From an uncultured Acidobacteriota bacterium (GTDB lineage: Bacteria; Acidobacteriota; Thermoanaerobaculia; UBA5066), in the NCBI GenBank assembly GCA_963779415.1, contig CAVZYA010000002.1:544001-608000 (forward strand): a stretch of DNA of 64,000 bases, given 5' to 3'. A program made the translations under genes and the position numbers. A model generated the notes under the pieces. The model saw only the letters and a program-made list of their open reading frames with translations. It had not been told where the DNA came from and did no database searches. Every line of letters begins with the position of its first letter. Within the stretch, counting starts at the first letter, position 1. Below, piece by piece: positions 29,761 through 39,886 of this stretch.

Positions 29761-29889
29761 GAAGCGAGTATCGGCCCGGAGGAGGGACCGTCAAGGGGAG
29801 ACGGGCGAAAGCCCCTGATGCGGATGCAGGAGAAGGGCGCGCTCCCGCCCCCGCGCGGCTAAGATTCCTCCCGCCACGAAGGAGGCGCC

Positions 29890-30906
29890 ATGCGCAGGCC
29901 CGTCGTTCTGATCACCGGGGCGAGCGGCGAGATCGGCCACGGGCTGATCACCGCCCTTTCCGAAGACGGCTCCCATCCCATCCTGACCCTCGACCTGAAG
30001 CCGCTCGAAGAAAATCTCGCGCGCCGTGTCGAGCGGCAGTACGTCGGCTCGGTCCTCGAACGGAACCTCCTCGAGCGGATCCTCTCGGAATACGAGATCG
30101 ACCTGATCTTCCACCTCGCGGCCCTTCTCTCGACCCGGGGCGAGTTCACGCCGGTCACGGCCCATCAGGTGAACGTCGAGGGGATGATCTTCATGCTGGA
30201 GTTCGCGCAGGCCGAGCGGGTCTCGCACGGCCGCCCCGTGACGTTCCTCTACCCGTCTTCCGTCGCCGCGTTCGGGCTTCCCGATCTGACCGCAAAAGCG
30301 CGCACCAGCAAGGTGAGGGAGGACGAGTTCAACCAGCCGGCGACCATGTACGGCTGCAACAAGCTCTATTGCGAGCAGCTCGGGCGCTACTACTCCGAGC
30401 GGTACAAACAGCTCTCCGCCGAGCCGGTCTCGCGAATCGATTTCCGGTGCGTCCGCTTCCCGGGCCTCATCTCGGCGGCCACAATCCCCTCGGGCGGCAC
30501 CTCCGACTACGCCCCCGAGATGATCCACGCCGCGGCACAGGGGAAGCCCTACAACTGCTTCGTCCGCCCCGACACGAGGATTCCGTTCATGGCGATGCCC
30601 GACGGAATCGAGGCGCTCCTGAAGCTCGCCGCCGTCTCCGGCGACCACCTGACGCGCCGGATCTACAACGTCGGAGCGTTCAACCCGTCGGCGGCGGAGA
30701 TCCGCGACCTCGTCGTCAACGCGTTCCCCGGCGCGGCCATCTCCTTCGTCCCCGACCTGAAGCGGCAGGGGATCGTCGACTCGTGGCCGGCCGACGTGGA
30801 CGACTCGGCGGCGCGGAAGGACTGGGGCTTTTCGCCGAAGTACGACCTCCGGCACGCCTTCAGCGACTACCTGATCCCGGCCATTCGCGCGCAATACGGC
30901 CGGTAA
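29890..30906 (+). CDS. NAD-dependent epimerase/dehydratase family, probable SDR-type L-threonine 3-dehydrogenase
   Basis: ITGASGEIG, HLAALLS, SSVAAFG, MYGCNK, RFPGLIS, GGTSDYA, RQGIVDSWP; GGAGG RBS. Confidence 0.82.
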   Translation: MRRPVVLITGASGEIGHGLITALSEDGSHPILTLDLKPLEENLARRVERQYVGSVLERNLLERILSEYEIDLIFHLAALLSTRGEFTPVTAHQVNVEGMIFMLEFAQAERVSHGRPVTFLYPSSVAAFGLPDLTAKARTSKVREDEFNQPATMYGCNKLYCEQLGRYYSERYKQLSAEPVSRIDFRCVRFPGLISAATIPSGGTSDYAPEMIHAAAQGKPYNCFVRPDTRIPFMAMPDGIEALLKLAAVSGDHLTRRIYNVGAFNPSAAEIRDLVVNAFPGAAISFVPDLKRQGIVDSWPADVDDSAARKDWGFSPKYDLRHAFSDYLIPAIRAQYGR

Positions 30907-30924
30907 TACCGGTCCATCCGCCGC

Positions 30925-30976
30925 GGAGGGGGTCGGCGCAAAGCGCCGAGGGGGAACCCGAGGCCGGGTTCCCCCT
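30925..30976. repeat. G-rich palindromic repeat / double hairpin between convergent genes (copy C)
   Basis: GGAGGGGGT-CGGCGCAAAGCGCCG-AGGGGGAACCCG-AGGC-CGGGTTCCCCCT. Confidence 0.55.
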
Positions 30977-30977
30977 G

Positions 30978-32345
30978 TCAGTCACCCGCTTCGTCGTCCC
31001 GGACGAAGCCATGGGCTCCCGTCGACATCTCGACCTCGACGGGCTTCACGTACCTCGCGACGGCGTTCTTCGTTCCCTGGACGCGGAGCTTGCCGAAGAG
31101 ATGCTCGAACTTCCGCTCGAGCGCTTCGCCGATCTCGCCGCGCGCGGTCTCGGAGAGCCCCCAGACGGCCGTCTTGAAGGGACCGATCGCCTTCTTCCGC
31201 GACTTGTAGAAGAACTGCTCCTCGGTGTCCTTCTCCTTCCGCTCGTCGGCGGCGTTCGTCCGGATCCAGGCATACATCTCGTCCTTGAGCGCCTTCGGGA
31301 AGGCCGGATGCTCGTAGACCATGTTCTGGAACTCGGTGGCGAGATGGACCTCGCAGGCGCCGTGGTTCGGGAACTCGTGGAACATCTCGGCGGGAAGCGT
31401 CGAGGCGCCGTGCTGGACGGCTCCGGCGAGTCCGTACTCGGTCCGGGCGATCTTCGAGATGGCCTTCATGGCCTCGAAGTCGATCGAGACCTTCGCGACG
31501 GTCCCGTCAGGCAGAACGACGCCGCCGTGCGAGGTCCCCGTGTTGATGGAGATCTTCGAGACGCCGGTCATTCCCGGAGGGAGGGCCGCCTGATAGCCGT
31601 TCATGTAAGCGCGGAACTCTTCGGCCGTGGAGACGCCCTTCCCGACCTCCCCGATCTCCCCGCCGACGGAGATCGTGATCCCCTTCGGCTCCCGGGCGCG
31701 GATCCGCTTCGTGAAGTGCGCGGCATTCTCGAAGTTCTTCCGCTGCTCCTCGGTGACGTTCGCCTTGCCGAGTTCGACGAGCGTGGAGGTGTCGATGTCG
31801 ATGTTGTAGAAGCCGGCGGCGAGCGACTCGTCGATGAGCATCCCGATCGCCGAAAGCTCGGGCTTCGGGTCGGCGGCGAACTTCTTCGCGTTGACCTGGA
31901 AGTGGTCCCCCTGGATGAAAACGGGGCCCGTGTGCCGTTCCCGGATCGCCGCACCGAGCAGGACGGCGGCATACTCGGCGGGACGCTGGTCGGTATAGCC
32001 CATCTCGCTCCGGGCGATCTCGAGGAGGAAGGCCCCGACGTCGTGCTTCCTCGCGGCGCGGAAGATCGCGCGCGCCGTGTCGTAGGCCATCATCCGAACG
32101 TTGATCGCCGGAACGGTGAACCCCCCCGACTCGCCGCGGCCGATCGCCATGTAGAGGTCGTGGATCGAGGCGGGGACGATCCCGAGGGCCGAGGCGGCCC
32201 TGCGGATCGCCCGACGCGCCTCATCGCGCTTCCTGGCATCCGTCTCGAACACCGCCCAGTGAACGAGCGCGTCGACGTGCATGGAGCGGAAGGTCTCCGG
32301 ATCGCGCCGGGCGTCCGCGACGATCGAATCTTCGAAGCTGCTCAT
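30978..32345 (-). CDS. Class II fructose-bisphosphate aldolase family protein (long variant)
   Basis: VPAIN, QGDH, IDIDTS, GEIGEVG, GTSHGG, VQHGAS. Confidence 0.85.
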   Translation of the reverse strand: MSSFEDSIVADARRDPETFRSMHVDALVHWAVFETDARKRDEARRAIRRAASALGIVPASIHDLYMAIGRGESGGFTVPAINVRMMAYDTARAIFRAARKHDVGAFLLEIARSEMGYTDQRPAEYAAVLLGAAIRERHTGPVFIQGDHFQVNAKKFAADPKPELSAIGMLIDESLAAGFYNIDIDTSTLVELGKANVTEEQRKNFENAAHFTKRIRAREPKGITISVGGEIGEVGKGVSTAEEFRAYMNGYQAALPPGMTGVSKISINTGTSHGGVVLPDGTVAKVSIDFEAMKAISKIARTEYGLAGAVQHGASTLPAEMFHEFPNHGACEVHLATEFQNMVYEHPAFPKALKDEMYAWIRTNAADERKEKDTEEQFFYKSRKKAIGPFKTAVWGLSETARGEIGEALERKFEHLFGKLRVQGTKNAVARYVKPVEVEMSTGAHGFVRDDEAGD

Positions 32346-32388
32346 CGTTTTCCTCCCGGGGGGGCACCGGCGCGATTCTAGCGAGGCT

Positions 32389-33282
32389 TCACGGGGCCGG
32401 CTCCCCTTTCGGAGACCCGGCCGCGCCCGCGGCGAACGGGATCACGGCGGACATGTCCTTCCCGCCGAAGCCGGCCGCCGCCGCCCGGGCGAAGACGTCG
32501 TGCGTGGCCGCGACGATCGGCAGGGCGCTCTCGCCGCCGCCGCTCTCGACGGCCAGCCGGAGGTCCTTCTGCATCAGGGCCAGGCGAAAGGCGACGGCCT
32601 CGGGGTTCTTTCTCAGGAACTCCCATTTCACCTTCACGTAGGGGGCGAGGGCCGGAACCGAGAGAAGCCACTGGGTCGCCTGATCCTCGGGAAGGCCGAG
32701 CCTCTTCGCGAGGCCGAGCGCTTCGCCGAACGCGGCGAGACCGACCCCGAAGAGGAGATTGTTCACGAGCTTCATGGCGGAGCCCTGCCCGACGTCGCCA
32801 AAGCGGAGAACCTTCTGCGAGACGGCGGCGAGGACCGGCTCGGCCTTCTTCAGCGTCTCAGGGGCGCCGCCGGCCAGGATCGTCAGTGTCCCTTCCGCCG
32901 CGGCCAGGACGCTCCCGGCCACCGGGACGTCGCAGAAGCCGGCCCCCCTCGTCTGGGCCATCGCGGCGAAGCGCCGTGAGGCATAGGGGGTGACGGTCGA
33001 AAAATCGAGCCAGACGGCCCCCGGCCCGAGGCCGGCCACGAGGCCGAAAGGACCCGTCGCCGCCTCTTCCACGGCGGCGGGATCGGAGAGCATCGTGCAG
33101 ACGACGTCGGCCCCGGCCGCCGCCTCGCGTGGGGTCGGAGCCGGGACCCCCCCCTCTGCCCCGAGCGGGACGGCCTTCGCCGGCGTGCGGTTCCAGACGC
33201 GGAGCGGGATCCCCTTCCGGAGGAGGTTCTGCGCCATCGGGAGCCCCATGGCGCCGAGGCCGAGAAATGCAGCGGTGATCAT
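32389..33282 (-). CDS. NAD(P)-dependent oxidoreductase, 3-hydroxyisobutyrate dehydrogenase family
   Basis: FLGLGAMGLPMA, DVPVAGS, GTL, MKLVNN, MQKDL. Confidence 0.9.
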   Translation of the reverse strand: MITAAFLGLGAMGLPMAQNLLRKGIPLRVWNRTPAKAVPLGAEGGVPAPTPREAAAGADVVCTMLSDPAAVEEAATGPFGLVAGLGPGAVWLDFSTVTPYASRRFAAMAQTRGAGFCDVPVAGSVLAAAEGTLTILAGGAPETLKKAEPVLAAVSQKVLRFGDVGQGSAMKLVNNLLFGVGLAAFGEALGLAKRLGLPEDQATQWLLSVPALAPYVKVKWEFLRKNPEAVAFRLALMQKDLRLAVESGGGESALPIVAATHDVFARAAAAGFGGKDMSAVIPFAAGAAGSPKGEPAP

Positions 33283-33285
33283 GCC

Positions 33286-33301
33286 GGGATCTTAAGATCC
33301 C
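33286..33301. promoter_or_regulatory. Palindromic bidirectional -10 element serving two leaderless genes
   Basis: GGGATCTTAAGATCCC perfect 16-bp palindrome; TAAGAT on both strands, 6 and 7 nt from the divergent start codons. Confidence 0.65.
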
Positions 33302-33305
33302 TTCC

Positions 33306-34733
33306 GTGACGCGGCGCGATCCGGCCCCGGAGGAGATCTCGGCGCTCGAGTCGATCGTAGGAGAGAGGCACGTCGCGAGGACGGCCGGGGATCGGGAGGC
33401 GTACGCGAAGGACTGGACGCGCGACCTCGTCGCGCTTCCCGGCGCCGTCGTGAAGCCCCGGACGACGGAGGAGGTCTCGCGCGTCCTCGCCTTCTGCAAC
33501 ACGCGGCGGATCCCGGTGACGCCGCAAGGGGGGCGGACGGGAATGTCGGGCGGCGCCCTCGCGGTCCACGGCGGGATCGCACTCTCCCTCGAGCGGATGA
33601 ACGCCATCCGCGAGATCGACACCGCGAACTTCGTCGCCGTCACCGAGGCCGGGGTCGTGACGCAGACCCTCCAGGAGGCGGTCGACGAGAAGGGGCTCTT
33701 CTATCCCCCCGACCCCTCTTCGCGCGGGTCGTGCCTCATCGGCGGGAACGTCGCGGAGAACGCGGGGGGGCCGCACGCGGCGAAATACGGCGTCACCGGA
33801 AGATGGGTGCTCGGACTCGAGGCGGTCTTCGCCGACGGGCGCGTGACGGCCACCGGCGGCAAGACGCGGAAGGACGTGGCCGGGTACGACCTGACGTCGC
33901 TTCTCGTCGGGAGCGAGGGGACGCTCGCGGTCGTGACGGCGGCGTGGCTCCGGCTCCTCGCCAGGCCCGCGTCGTGGGCGACGCTCCTCGCCCCGTTCCC
34001 GTCGCTTACGGCCGCGGCCGCCGCTGTCGTCGAGATCCATCGCCGCGGCCTCGTTCCCTCGGCGTGCGAAGTGGTCGACCGCCCCTCGGTCGAGATCTCC
34101 TCGCGGAAGAAGGGGGTCGGCGTGCCGTTCCCGGAGGCCGAGGCGCGGATCCTCCTCGACTTCGACGGCGGCTCGGACGAAGAGGTGGAGCGGGACGTGA
34201 CGCGCTGCGGGGAGATCCTCCTCGGGTGCGGCGCCCTCGACGTCGCCCTCGCGACGGACGAGGCGAAGCGGCGCACTCTCTGGGATGTCCGCCGCGGCAT
34301 CGCCGAAGCGATCCACGATCTCGGCGTCTCCGTCGAGCTGGACCTCGCCGTCCCGAGGAGCGAGATGGTTCCCCTGATTGAGGGGGTGCGGCGGATCGCG
34401 TCGGCGGCCGACCTCCATCCCTTCTGCTACGGCCATGCGGCGGACGGAAACCTCCACGTCCGGCTCCTTTGCGAAGGAGGCGAGGGCTGCCTCTCCAGGC
34501 TTTTCGACGAGTCGGTGGGCGCGATCTATGCCGAGGCCGTCCGGCTGGGCGGGACGATCACGGGCGAGCACGGCGTCGGCCTCATCCTCCGCGACCTCCT
34601 CCCGATGCGCCGGGACGAGGCGTTCGTCTCCGCGATGCGCGCGGTCAAGACGGCCCTCGACCCGAACGGGATCCTGAATCCGGGAAAGCTCGTCCCGGAG
34701 ACGCGGGATCTACGACGGAAAGAGGAGGCCTGA
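33306..34733 (+). CDS. FAD-binding oxidoreductase (GlcD / D-lactate dehydrogenase family)
   Basis: PQGGRTGMSGG, PPDPSS, IGGNVAENAGG, KDVAGYDL, GSEGTL, GHAADGNLH, GEHGVG, LDPNGILNPGK. Confidence 0.92.
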   Translation: MTRRDPAPEEISALESIVGERHVARTAGDREAYAKDWTRDLVALPGAVVKPRTTEEVSRVLAFCNTRRIPVTPQGGRTGMSGGALAVHGGIALSLERMNAIREIDTANFVAVTEAGVVTQTLQEAVDEKGLFYPPDPSSRGSCLIGGNVAENAGGPHAAKYGVTGRWVLGLEAVFADGRVTATGGKTRKDVAGYDLTSLLVGSEGTLAVVTAAWLRLLARPASWATLLAPFPSLTAAAAAVVEIHRRGLVPSACEVVDRPSVEISSRKKGVGVPFPEAEARILLDFDGGSDEEVERDVTRCGEILLGCGALDVALATDEAKRRTLWDVRRGIAEAIHDLGVSVELDLAVPRSEMVPLIEGVRRIASAADLHPFCYGHAADGNLHVRLLCEGGEGCLSRLFDESVGAIYAEAVRLGGTITGEHGVGLILRDLLPMRRDEAFVSAMRAVKTALDPNGILNPGKLVPETRDLRRKEEA

Positions 34734-34771
34734 CCCTCCCGGAGACGGTCGCCGGACTTCGTCGAGGATGT

Positions 34772-35362
34772 TCACCGGCCCTTGGCGATCGCCTTGGCGA
34801 CCTCCTCGAGGCCGTTCTCGACGGCGTCCTTGATCGTGGAGCCGCGCGACTTGTGGCGCACGAAGCCGAGGACGTCGCCCTTCGGGTCCTTGAGCACGAC
34901 CTCGATTCCACAGCCGGGGTTGGCCATCCAGCCCCCCCAGAAGCGCGCGCCGCCCGACGGCTCCCAGGCGTTGAAGACGTTCCCCTCGACCGTCATGTCG
35001 CCGTCCGAATCGACGACCTCGAAGCCCTGTTTCGTCAGCCATTTCTTGAGGAAGTCGGGTGCGTACTCGGCCGCGTGCCTGGCATCGACCGCGTGCGTCT
35101 CCACGGCGTCGGACTGGAAGGGCTTCAGAACGACCTTTTTCTTCTCCTTCAGGCTGCCATTCGGAAAGAAAACCCAGTCGGCGTCCTTTCCCTCCACGAG
35201 CTTGCCGTAGTCCGGCAGGAACTTCTGCGGCTCGTCGGCCTCCTTGGCGGCGTCGGATTGAAGAAAGGTCTTGCCTCCCTTTGCGAGGGCCGGCCCGGAG
35301 ACGGTGAGGCCCAGGAGAGCGGCGGCAACCACGGCACCGGACAGAACTGTTCTTTTCGTCAT
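34772..35362 (-). CDS. Hypothetical secreted protein (DUF4410/DUF3313-like alpha/beta fold, tentative)
   Basis: Signal peptide MTKRTVLSGAVVAAALLGL...ALA; Lys/Glu-rich composition and codon usage typical of a real gene. Confidence 0.7.
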   Translation of the reverse strand: MTKRTVLSGAVVAAALLGLTVSGPALAKGGKTFLQSDAAKEADEPQKFLPDYGKLVEGKDADWVFFPNGSLKEKKKVVLKPFQSDAVETHAVDARHAAEYAPDFLKKWLTKQGFEVVDSDGDMTVEGNVFNAWEPSGGARFWGGWMANPGCGIEVVLKDPKGDVLGFVRHKSRGSTIKDAVENGLEEVAKAIAKGR

Positions 35363-35400
35363 CTTTTTCCCCCCGCCATCCAGAATACCCCGGCCGGCCG

Positions 35401-36747
35401 TCAGGGCGCGAGCGCGGGCGTGGAGAAGAGATCGAGGTGCTCGGCCTTCCAGCGCATCGCCGCGTAGATCCGGCTCCGGCCGCTCGGATGGTCGAAGAAG
35501 ACGAACTCCTCGAGGGGCCCCGGGCTCATCTTCCGGTACTCGCCGAGGTGGATCGCCGCCTGCGCAAAGCCGTCCGGCTGCGAAGAGGCGTTCAGGCCGT
35601 ACAGGTCGGCCTCGTATTCCATCGTCCGGATGATCGTGTTCGTGACCGGCGTCAGGACGAAGAAGATCGTCGAGATCAGGAGAAGAGCGAGGGGGATCAC
35701 GGCCGTGTCTCCGAGGCTTCGCAGCTGCCACCGGTCGCCCCACCGCGCGAGGGACTTCGTGAGAGCCCATCGGAGCAGGGCGAAGGAGCCGAGGATCAGC
35801 GCCGCGAAGAAGCCGATCCCCTTGTAGACGTGATTCAGGACGTAGTGCCCCATCTCGTGCCCCATCACCGACTGGATCTCCCCGGGGGAGCCGCGGCGGA
35901 GCAGGTTGTCGTTCAGGGTGATCCGCATCGTGCTCCCGAGGCCACTCACGTTCGCGCTCATCCGGGTCGTCTGCCGCGACGCGTCGATCTGGTAGACGTC
36001 GTGTGCGGGGATGCCGTTGGCCCTCGCCATGCTGAGGATCGGCTGCGTGATCCGCGGGTCTTCGAGACGCGTCACCTTGTTGAAGATCGGGACGAGGAAG
36101 ACGGGCGCGATGAGAGCGCCGAGAATAAGGAAGAAGACCGAGACCGCCGTTCCCCAGAGCCACCACGTCCGCTCGAGGCGCCGCACGACGGCGACGAGCG
36201 CGACCATGGCGAGGCCGCCGAGAAGGATCGAGATGAGAAGGCCCTTGAGCTGGTCACCCATCCACGGGCCGAACGTCTGCGTGGCCATGCCGTACCGGTG
36301 CTCGCGGAAGAAACCCTCGTAGACCGTCAGAGGGAATGCCAGGATGGCCGTCACGACCGAGAAGAGAGCCCAGTAGACGAACGTCTGCACCGGCGAAAAG
36401 CGCGTCACCTTCTCGGAAAGGTCGCGCATCCGGGCCGACCAGCGAAGGTTCAGCAGGAGGAGCAGAACCGCCGCGCCGTAGAGGAAATCCCAGAGGATCA
36501 GCCAGTATCCCCCCTCGAAATAGGCGTCGGAGCGCGTCTTCGCGGCCTCGGGAATCCGGGCGAGATAGGCCTCGGTGGCCGCTTCCGCGCTGAAGTGGGG
36601 CGACGGACGGGCGGCCTCGGGAACCTCGGTCACCGCAGGCATCCCGGAGGGAGGCGCGGTGCCGGGCGCCGGCGGCTCCTCCGCAACGGCGGCAAGAGAA
36701 AACAGGAGAGCCCCGAGGAGGAGTCTCGCGCGGAAAGGTGTGCTCAT
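35401..36747 (-). CDS. M48 family (Ste24-like) zinc metallopeptidase
   Basis: Multiple TM helices; ANVSGLG, GHEMGH, EYEAD, DHPS...RI. Confidence 0.92.
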   Translation of the reverse strand: MSTPFRARLLLGALLFSLAAVAEEPPAPGTAPPSGMPAVTEVPEAARPSPHFSAEAATEAYLARIPEAAKTRSDAYFEGGYWLILWDFLYGAAVLLLLLNLRWSARMRDLSEKVTRFSPVQTFVYWALFSVVTAILAFPLTVYEGFFREHRYGMATQTFGPWMGDQLKGLLISILLGGLAMVALVAVVRRLERTWWLWGTAVSVFFLILGALIAPVFLVPIFNKVTRLEDPRITQPILSMARANGIPAHDVYQIDASRQTTRMSANVSGLGSTMRITLNDNLLRRGSPGEIQSVMGHEMGHYVLNHVYKGIGFFAALILGSFALLRWALTKSLARWGDRWQLRSLGDTAVIPLALLLISTIFFVLTPVTNTIIRTMEYEADLYGLNASSQPDGFAQAAIHLGEYRKMSPGPLEEFVFFDHPSGRSRIYAAMRWKAEHLDLFSTPALAP

Positions 36748-36852
36748 GAAGACCTCGTCCCGGCGATTTCGTTGGCGGCCGATGTTACCGCCGCGCCGGG
36801 CGAGAGATCCGGGAGGAGCGCGTCGGCGCCGCGGCCCGCTAGACTTCGAGGG

Positions 36853-38316
36853 ATGGAGGAGACCGGGTTCGAGCCGGTGATCGGGCTGGAGGTGCATTGC
36901 CAGCTCAGGACCCGGAGCAAGGCGTTCTGCGCTTGTCCGGTCCTCTTCGGGGCCGAGCCGAACACGGCCGTCTGCCCGGTCTGCCTCGGGTATCCGGGGG
37001 TCCTCCCGGTGATCAACCGGGAAATGGTGACGCTCGCGATGCGTGTCGTCCTCGCGACGGGAGGGACAATTCACGAGCGATCGGTCTTCGCGCGGAAGAA
37101 CTACTTCTACCCGGACCTCCCGAAGGGGTACCAGATCTCGCAGTTCGACCGGCCGCTCGCGACGGGGGGCGGGCTCGTGGTCGGCTCAGGGGCGGCGACG
37201 AGGTTCATCCGCCTCCACCGGATCCACATCGAGGAGGACGCCGGGAAGTCGATGCACGAGTTTCCGTGGGACGACCTCCCCTCGAACGTCTCGCTCGTCG
37301 ACCTGAACCGGGCCGGAACGCCTCTCGTCGAGATCGTGACGGAGCCCGACCTCCGGACGCCCGACGAGGCCGCCGAGTTTCTCGGAACTCTCCGCCGGCT
37401 CGTCCGCTGGGTGGACGCCTCGGACGGGAACATGGAGGAAGGGTCCCTCCGGTGCGACGCGAACGTCTCGGTCCGGCCCGCGGGGAGCGCGGCTCTCGGG
37501 ACGAAGGTGGAGATCAAGAACCTGAACTCGATCGCCCACGTGAAGAAGGCCCTCGAGCACGAGATCGCGCGACAGTCGGCCCTCGTCGCGGGGGGCGGGA
37601 GGGTCGTCCAGGAGACGCGTCTCTTCGACCCGGGGGGAGGAACGACCAGGCCGATGCGGAGCAAGGAAGAGTCGATGGACTATCGCTACTTCCCCGATCC
37701 CGACCTCGGCACGCTCGTCGTCGACGCGGCGTGGCGAGGGGAAGTCTCGCGGTCGCTCCCGGAGCTGCCGGAGGCGCGGGCGGCGCGGCTCGCGTCCTCG
37801 CTCGGCCTCTCCCGTTCCGACGCGGCGCTCGTCACCCTCTCGCGCCCGCTCGCCGACTGGTACGAGGCCGCGGTGGCCGCACATCCGGGGAACGCGAAAG
37901 GGATCGCGAACTGGCTCCTCTCGGACCTCCTCGGACGGATGACGGACGCCGACAAGCAGGCGGGCCGGGTCCCGCTCCGGCCGGAGGCGCTCGCGGGGCT
38001 CGTCCGGCGGATCGACGACGGGACGATCTCCGGGAAGATCGCCAAGGATCTGATCCCGGACCTCGTCGCGAGCGGAAAGGAGCCGGACGAGCTGATCCGT
38101 GAGCGGGGGCTCGTCCAGATCGTCGACGAGGGGCCGATCCTCGAGATCGTCCGCCGGATCGTCGCGGAGAACCCATCGCAGGCGGCTACCTTCCGGAGCG
38201 GCAAGGCCGCCACGTTCGGATGGTTCGTCGGGCAGGTGATGAAGGCGACCGCCGGAAAGGCGAGCCCGGCTGTCGTCAACCGGCTGCTGAAGGAAGAGCT
38301 GGGAAGAGACCGTTGA
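36853..38316 (+). CDS. gatB: Asp-tRNA(Asn)/Glu-tRNA(Gln) amidotransferase subunit B
   Basis: VIGLEVHCQL, RKNYFYPDLPKGYQISQ, IEEDAGK, EEGSLRCDAN, YRYFPDPDL, FVGQVMK. Confidence 0.97.
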   Translation: MEETGFEPVIGLEVHCQLRTRSKAFCACPVLFGAEPNTAVCPVCLGYPGVLPVINREMVTLAMRVVLATGGTIHERSVFARKNYFYPDLPKGYQISQFDRPLATGGGLVVGSGAATRFIRLHRIHIEEDAGKSMHEFPWDDLPSNVSLVDLNRAGTPLVEIVTEPDLRTPDEAAEFLGTLRRLVRWVDASDGNMEEGSLRCDANVSVRPAGSAALGTKVEIKNLNSIAHVKKALEHEIARQSALVAGGGRVVQETRLFDPGGGTTRPMRSKEESMDYRYFPDPDLGTLVVDAAWRGEVSRSLPELPEARAARLASSLGLSRSDAALVTLSRPLADWYEAAVAAHPGNAKGIANWLLSDLLGRMTDADKQAGRVPLRPEALAGLVRRIDDGTISGKIAKDLIPDLVASGKEPDELIRERGLVQIVDEGPILEIVRRIVAENPSQAATFRSGKAATFGWFVGQVMKATAGKASPAVVNRLLKEELGRDR

Positions 38317-38984
38317 TCGAGTTTTACGGCGTCACGAAGGAGTACCACGGGCGGCGCGTCCTTCGGGACGTGTCGTTCCAGGTCCGGAAAGGGGAGTTCG
38401 TCTTCCTGACCGGCCCGTCGGGGGCGGGGAAAACGACGCTCCTCAAGCTGATCTACCGGGCGGAGCGACCTTCCGAAGGGCAGCTCGTCGTGAACGGGAT
38501 GAACGTCTCGGCCATGCGTTCCTCGCGCGTTCCGCTCCTTCGCCGGAGCCTCGGGATCGTCTTCCAGGATTACAAGCTCCTCCCCGGGCGGACGGTCCTC
38601 GACAACGTGGCGTACGTCCTGAAGTTTCTCGGAACCGGCTCTTCCGAGCGGCGCCGCCGCGCGTACCACGTCCTCCGGAGCGTCGAGCTCCACCACCGGA
38701 TGAGCGCCTACCCCGAGGAGCTCTCCGGCGGCGAGCAGCAGCGCGTGGCGCTCGCGCGGGCGCTCGTGAACGAGCCTTCCCTCCTGATCGCCGACGAGCC
38801 GACGGGAAACCTCGACCACCGGCTCGCGCTCGACGTCATCAAGCTCTTTGCCGATGCGAATGTCCGGGGGACGACGGTCCTCGTCGCGACGCACGACCAG
38901 GAGCTGATCCAGAAGGCCGGGCGGCGGTGCCTGACGCTCGAGAAGGGACAGGTCAAAGAAGGGCTCGCGGAGGGGAGCGCGTGA
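38313..38984 (+). CDS. ftsE: Cell division ATP-binding protein FtsE
   Basis: TTG start overlapping gatB stop; GPSGAGKTT, VFQDYKLL, LSGGEQQR, ADEPTGNLD, ATHD; followed by ftsX. Confidence 0.9.
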   Translation: MIEFYGVTKEYHGRRVLRDVSFQVRKGEFVFLTGPSGAGKTTLLKLIYRAERPSEGQLVVNGMNVSAMRSSRVPLLRRSLGIVFQDYKLLPGRTVLDNVAYVLKFLGTGSSERRRRAYHVLRSVELHHRMSAYPEELSGGEQQRVALARALVNEPSLLIADEPTGNLDHRLALDVIKLFADANVRGTTVLVATHDQELIQKAGRRCLTLEKGQVKEGLAEGSA

Positions 38985-39883
38985 GGGCGACGACCGGCCT
39001 TTCGACCCTCGTGGACGAGGCCCTGTCGGGACTCGTCCGGGCGCGGCGGATGACCGTCGCCTCGGTCCTCGTCATCGCGGTCTCCCTCTTCCTCGTCGGG
39101 GCGTTCCTCCTCGCGGCCGAGAATCTGCGCGGCCTCGCGGATGCCGTCCGCGGAGAGACGGCCGTGACGGTCTTCCTCCGCCCGCAGACGACGGACGCGG
39201 ACCGGGAGGAGATCGCCCGGATCGCCCGCGACTCGCGGCTCTCGTCCTCCGTCCGGCGCGTGACGCCCGACGAGGCGCGGTCCCGGTTCTCGTCGTGGTT
39301 CCGGTCGCTCGCCCCGGCCGCGGCATCGCTGCCGTCCAATCCGTTTCCGGAGTCGTTCGAGATCGTCCTGGCCGAAGGGGCGGCCGCGTCCTCCGCGCTT
39401 CCCGGATTCCTCGCGAACCTCGCCGCCGCCAGGGGGGCCGAGGAGGTCCAGTTCGACGAGGAATGGGTGCGGCGCCTCCGGGGGGCCGTCGGTGTCGCGC
39501 GCGCGGCGGGGGGGGCGCTCGCAATCGTCCTCGTCCTCGGGGCGGCCTTCACGATCGCGAACGTCGTCCGCCTGACGATCCTCCTCCATCGCGAGGAGAT
39601 CGAGGTGCTGCGCCTCGTCGGAGCTCCCGAGTTCCTGATCCGGGGGCCGTTCGTCGTCGGAGCGCTGATCCAGGGGCTCCTCGGGGGGCTCCTCGCGCTC
39701 GGCCTCCTCGGCCTCGGCTACCGGGCGCTTCTCCTCTGGGGTTCGCGCGGGCCGGAAAACGTCGTGGCGCTCCTCGGCCTCAGGTTCCTTCCCCTGGAAC
39801 AGTCGGGAGTTCTCGTCGGCTTCGGGGTCGTGGCCGGCCTGCTCGGGGGCCTTTTCGCGGTCCGGCGCCGGAACGTCGGGTAG
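38981..39883 (+). CDS. ftsX: Cell division permease FtsX
   Basis: TM - periplasmic loop (NPFP) - TMs; IANVVRLTI..REEIEVLRLVGA...IRGPF. Confidence 0.88.
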   Translation: MRATTGLSTLVDEALSGLVRARRMTVASVLVIAVSLFLVGAFLLAAENLRGLADAVRGETAVTVFLRPQTTDADREEIARIARDSRLSSSVRRVTPDEARSRFSSWFRSLAPAAASLPSNPFPESFEIVLAEGAAASSALPGFLANLAAARGAEEVQFDEEWVRRLRGAVGVARAAGGALAIVLVLGAAFTIANVVRLTILLHREEIEVLRLVGAPEFLIRGPFVVGALIQGLLGGLLALGLLGLGYRALLLWGSRGPENVVALLGLRFLPLEQSGVLVGFGVVAGLLGGLFAVRRRNVG

Positions 39884-39886
39884 GCG

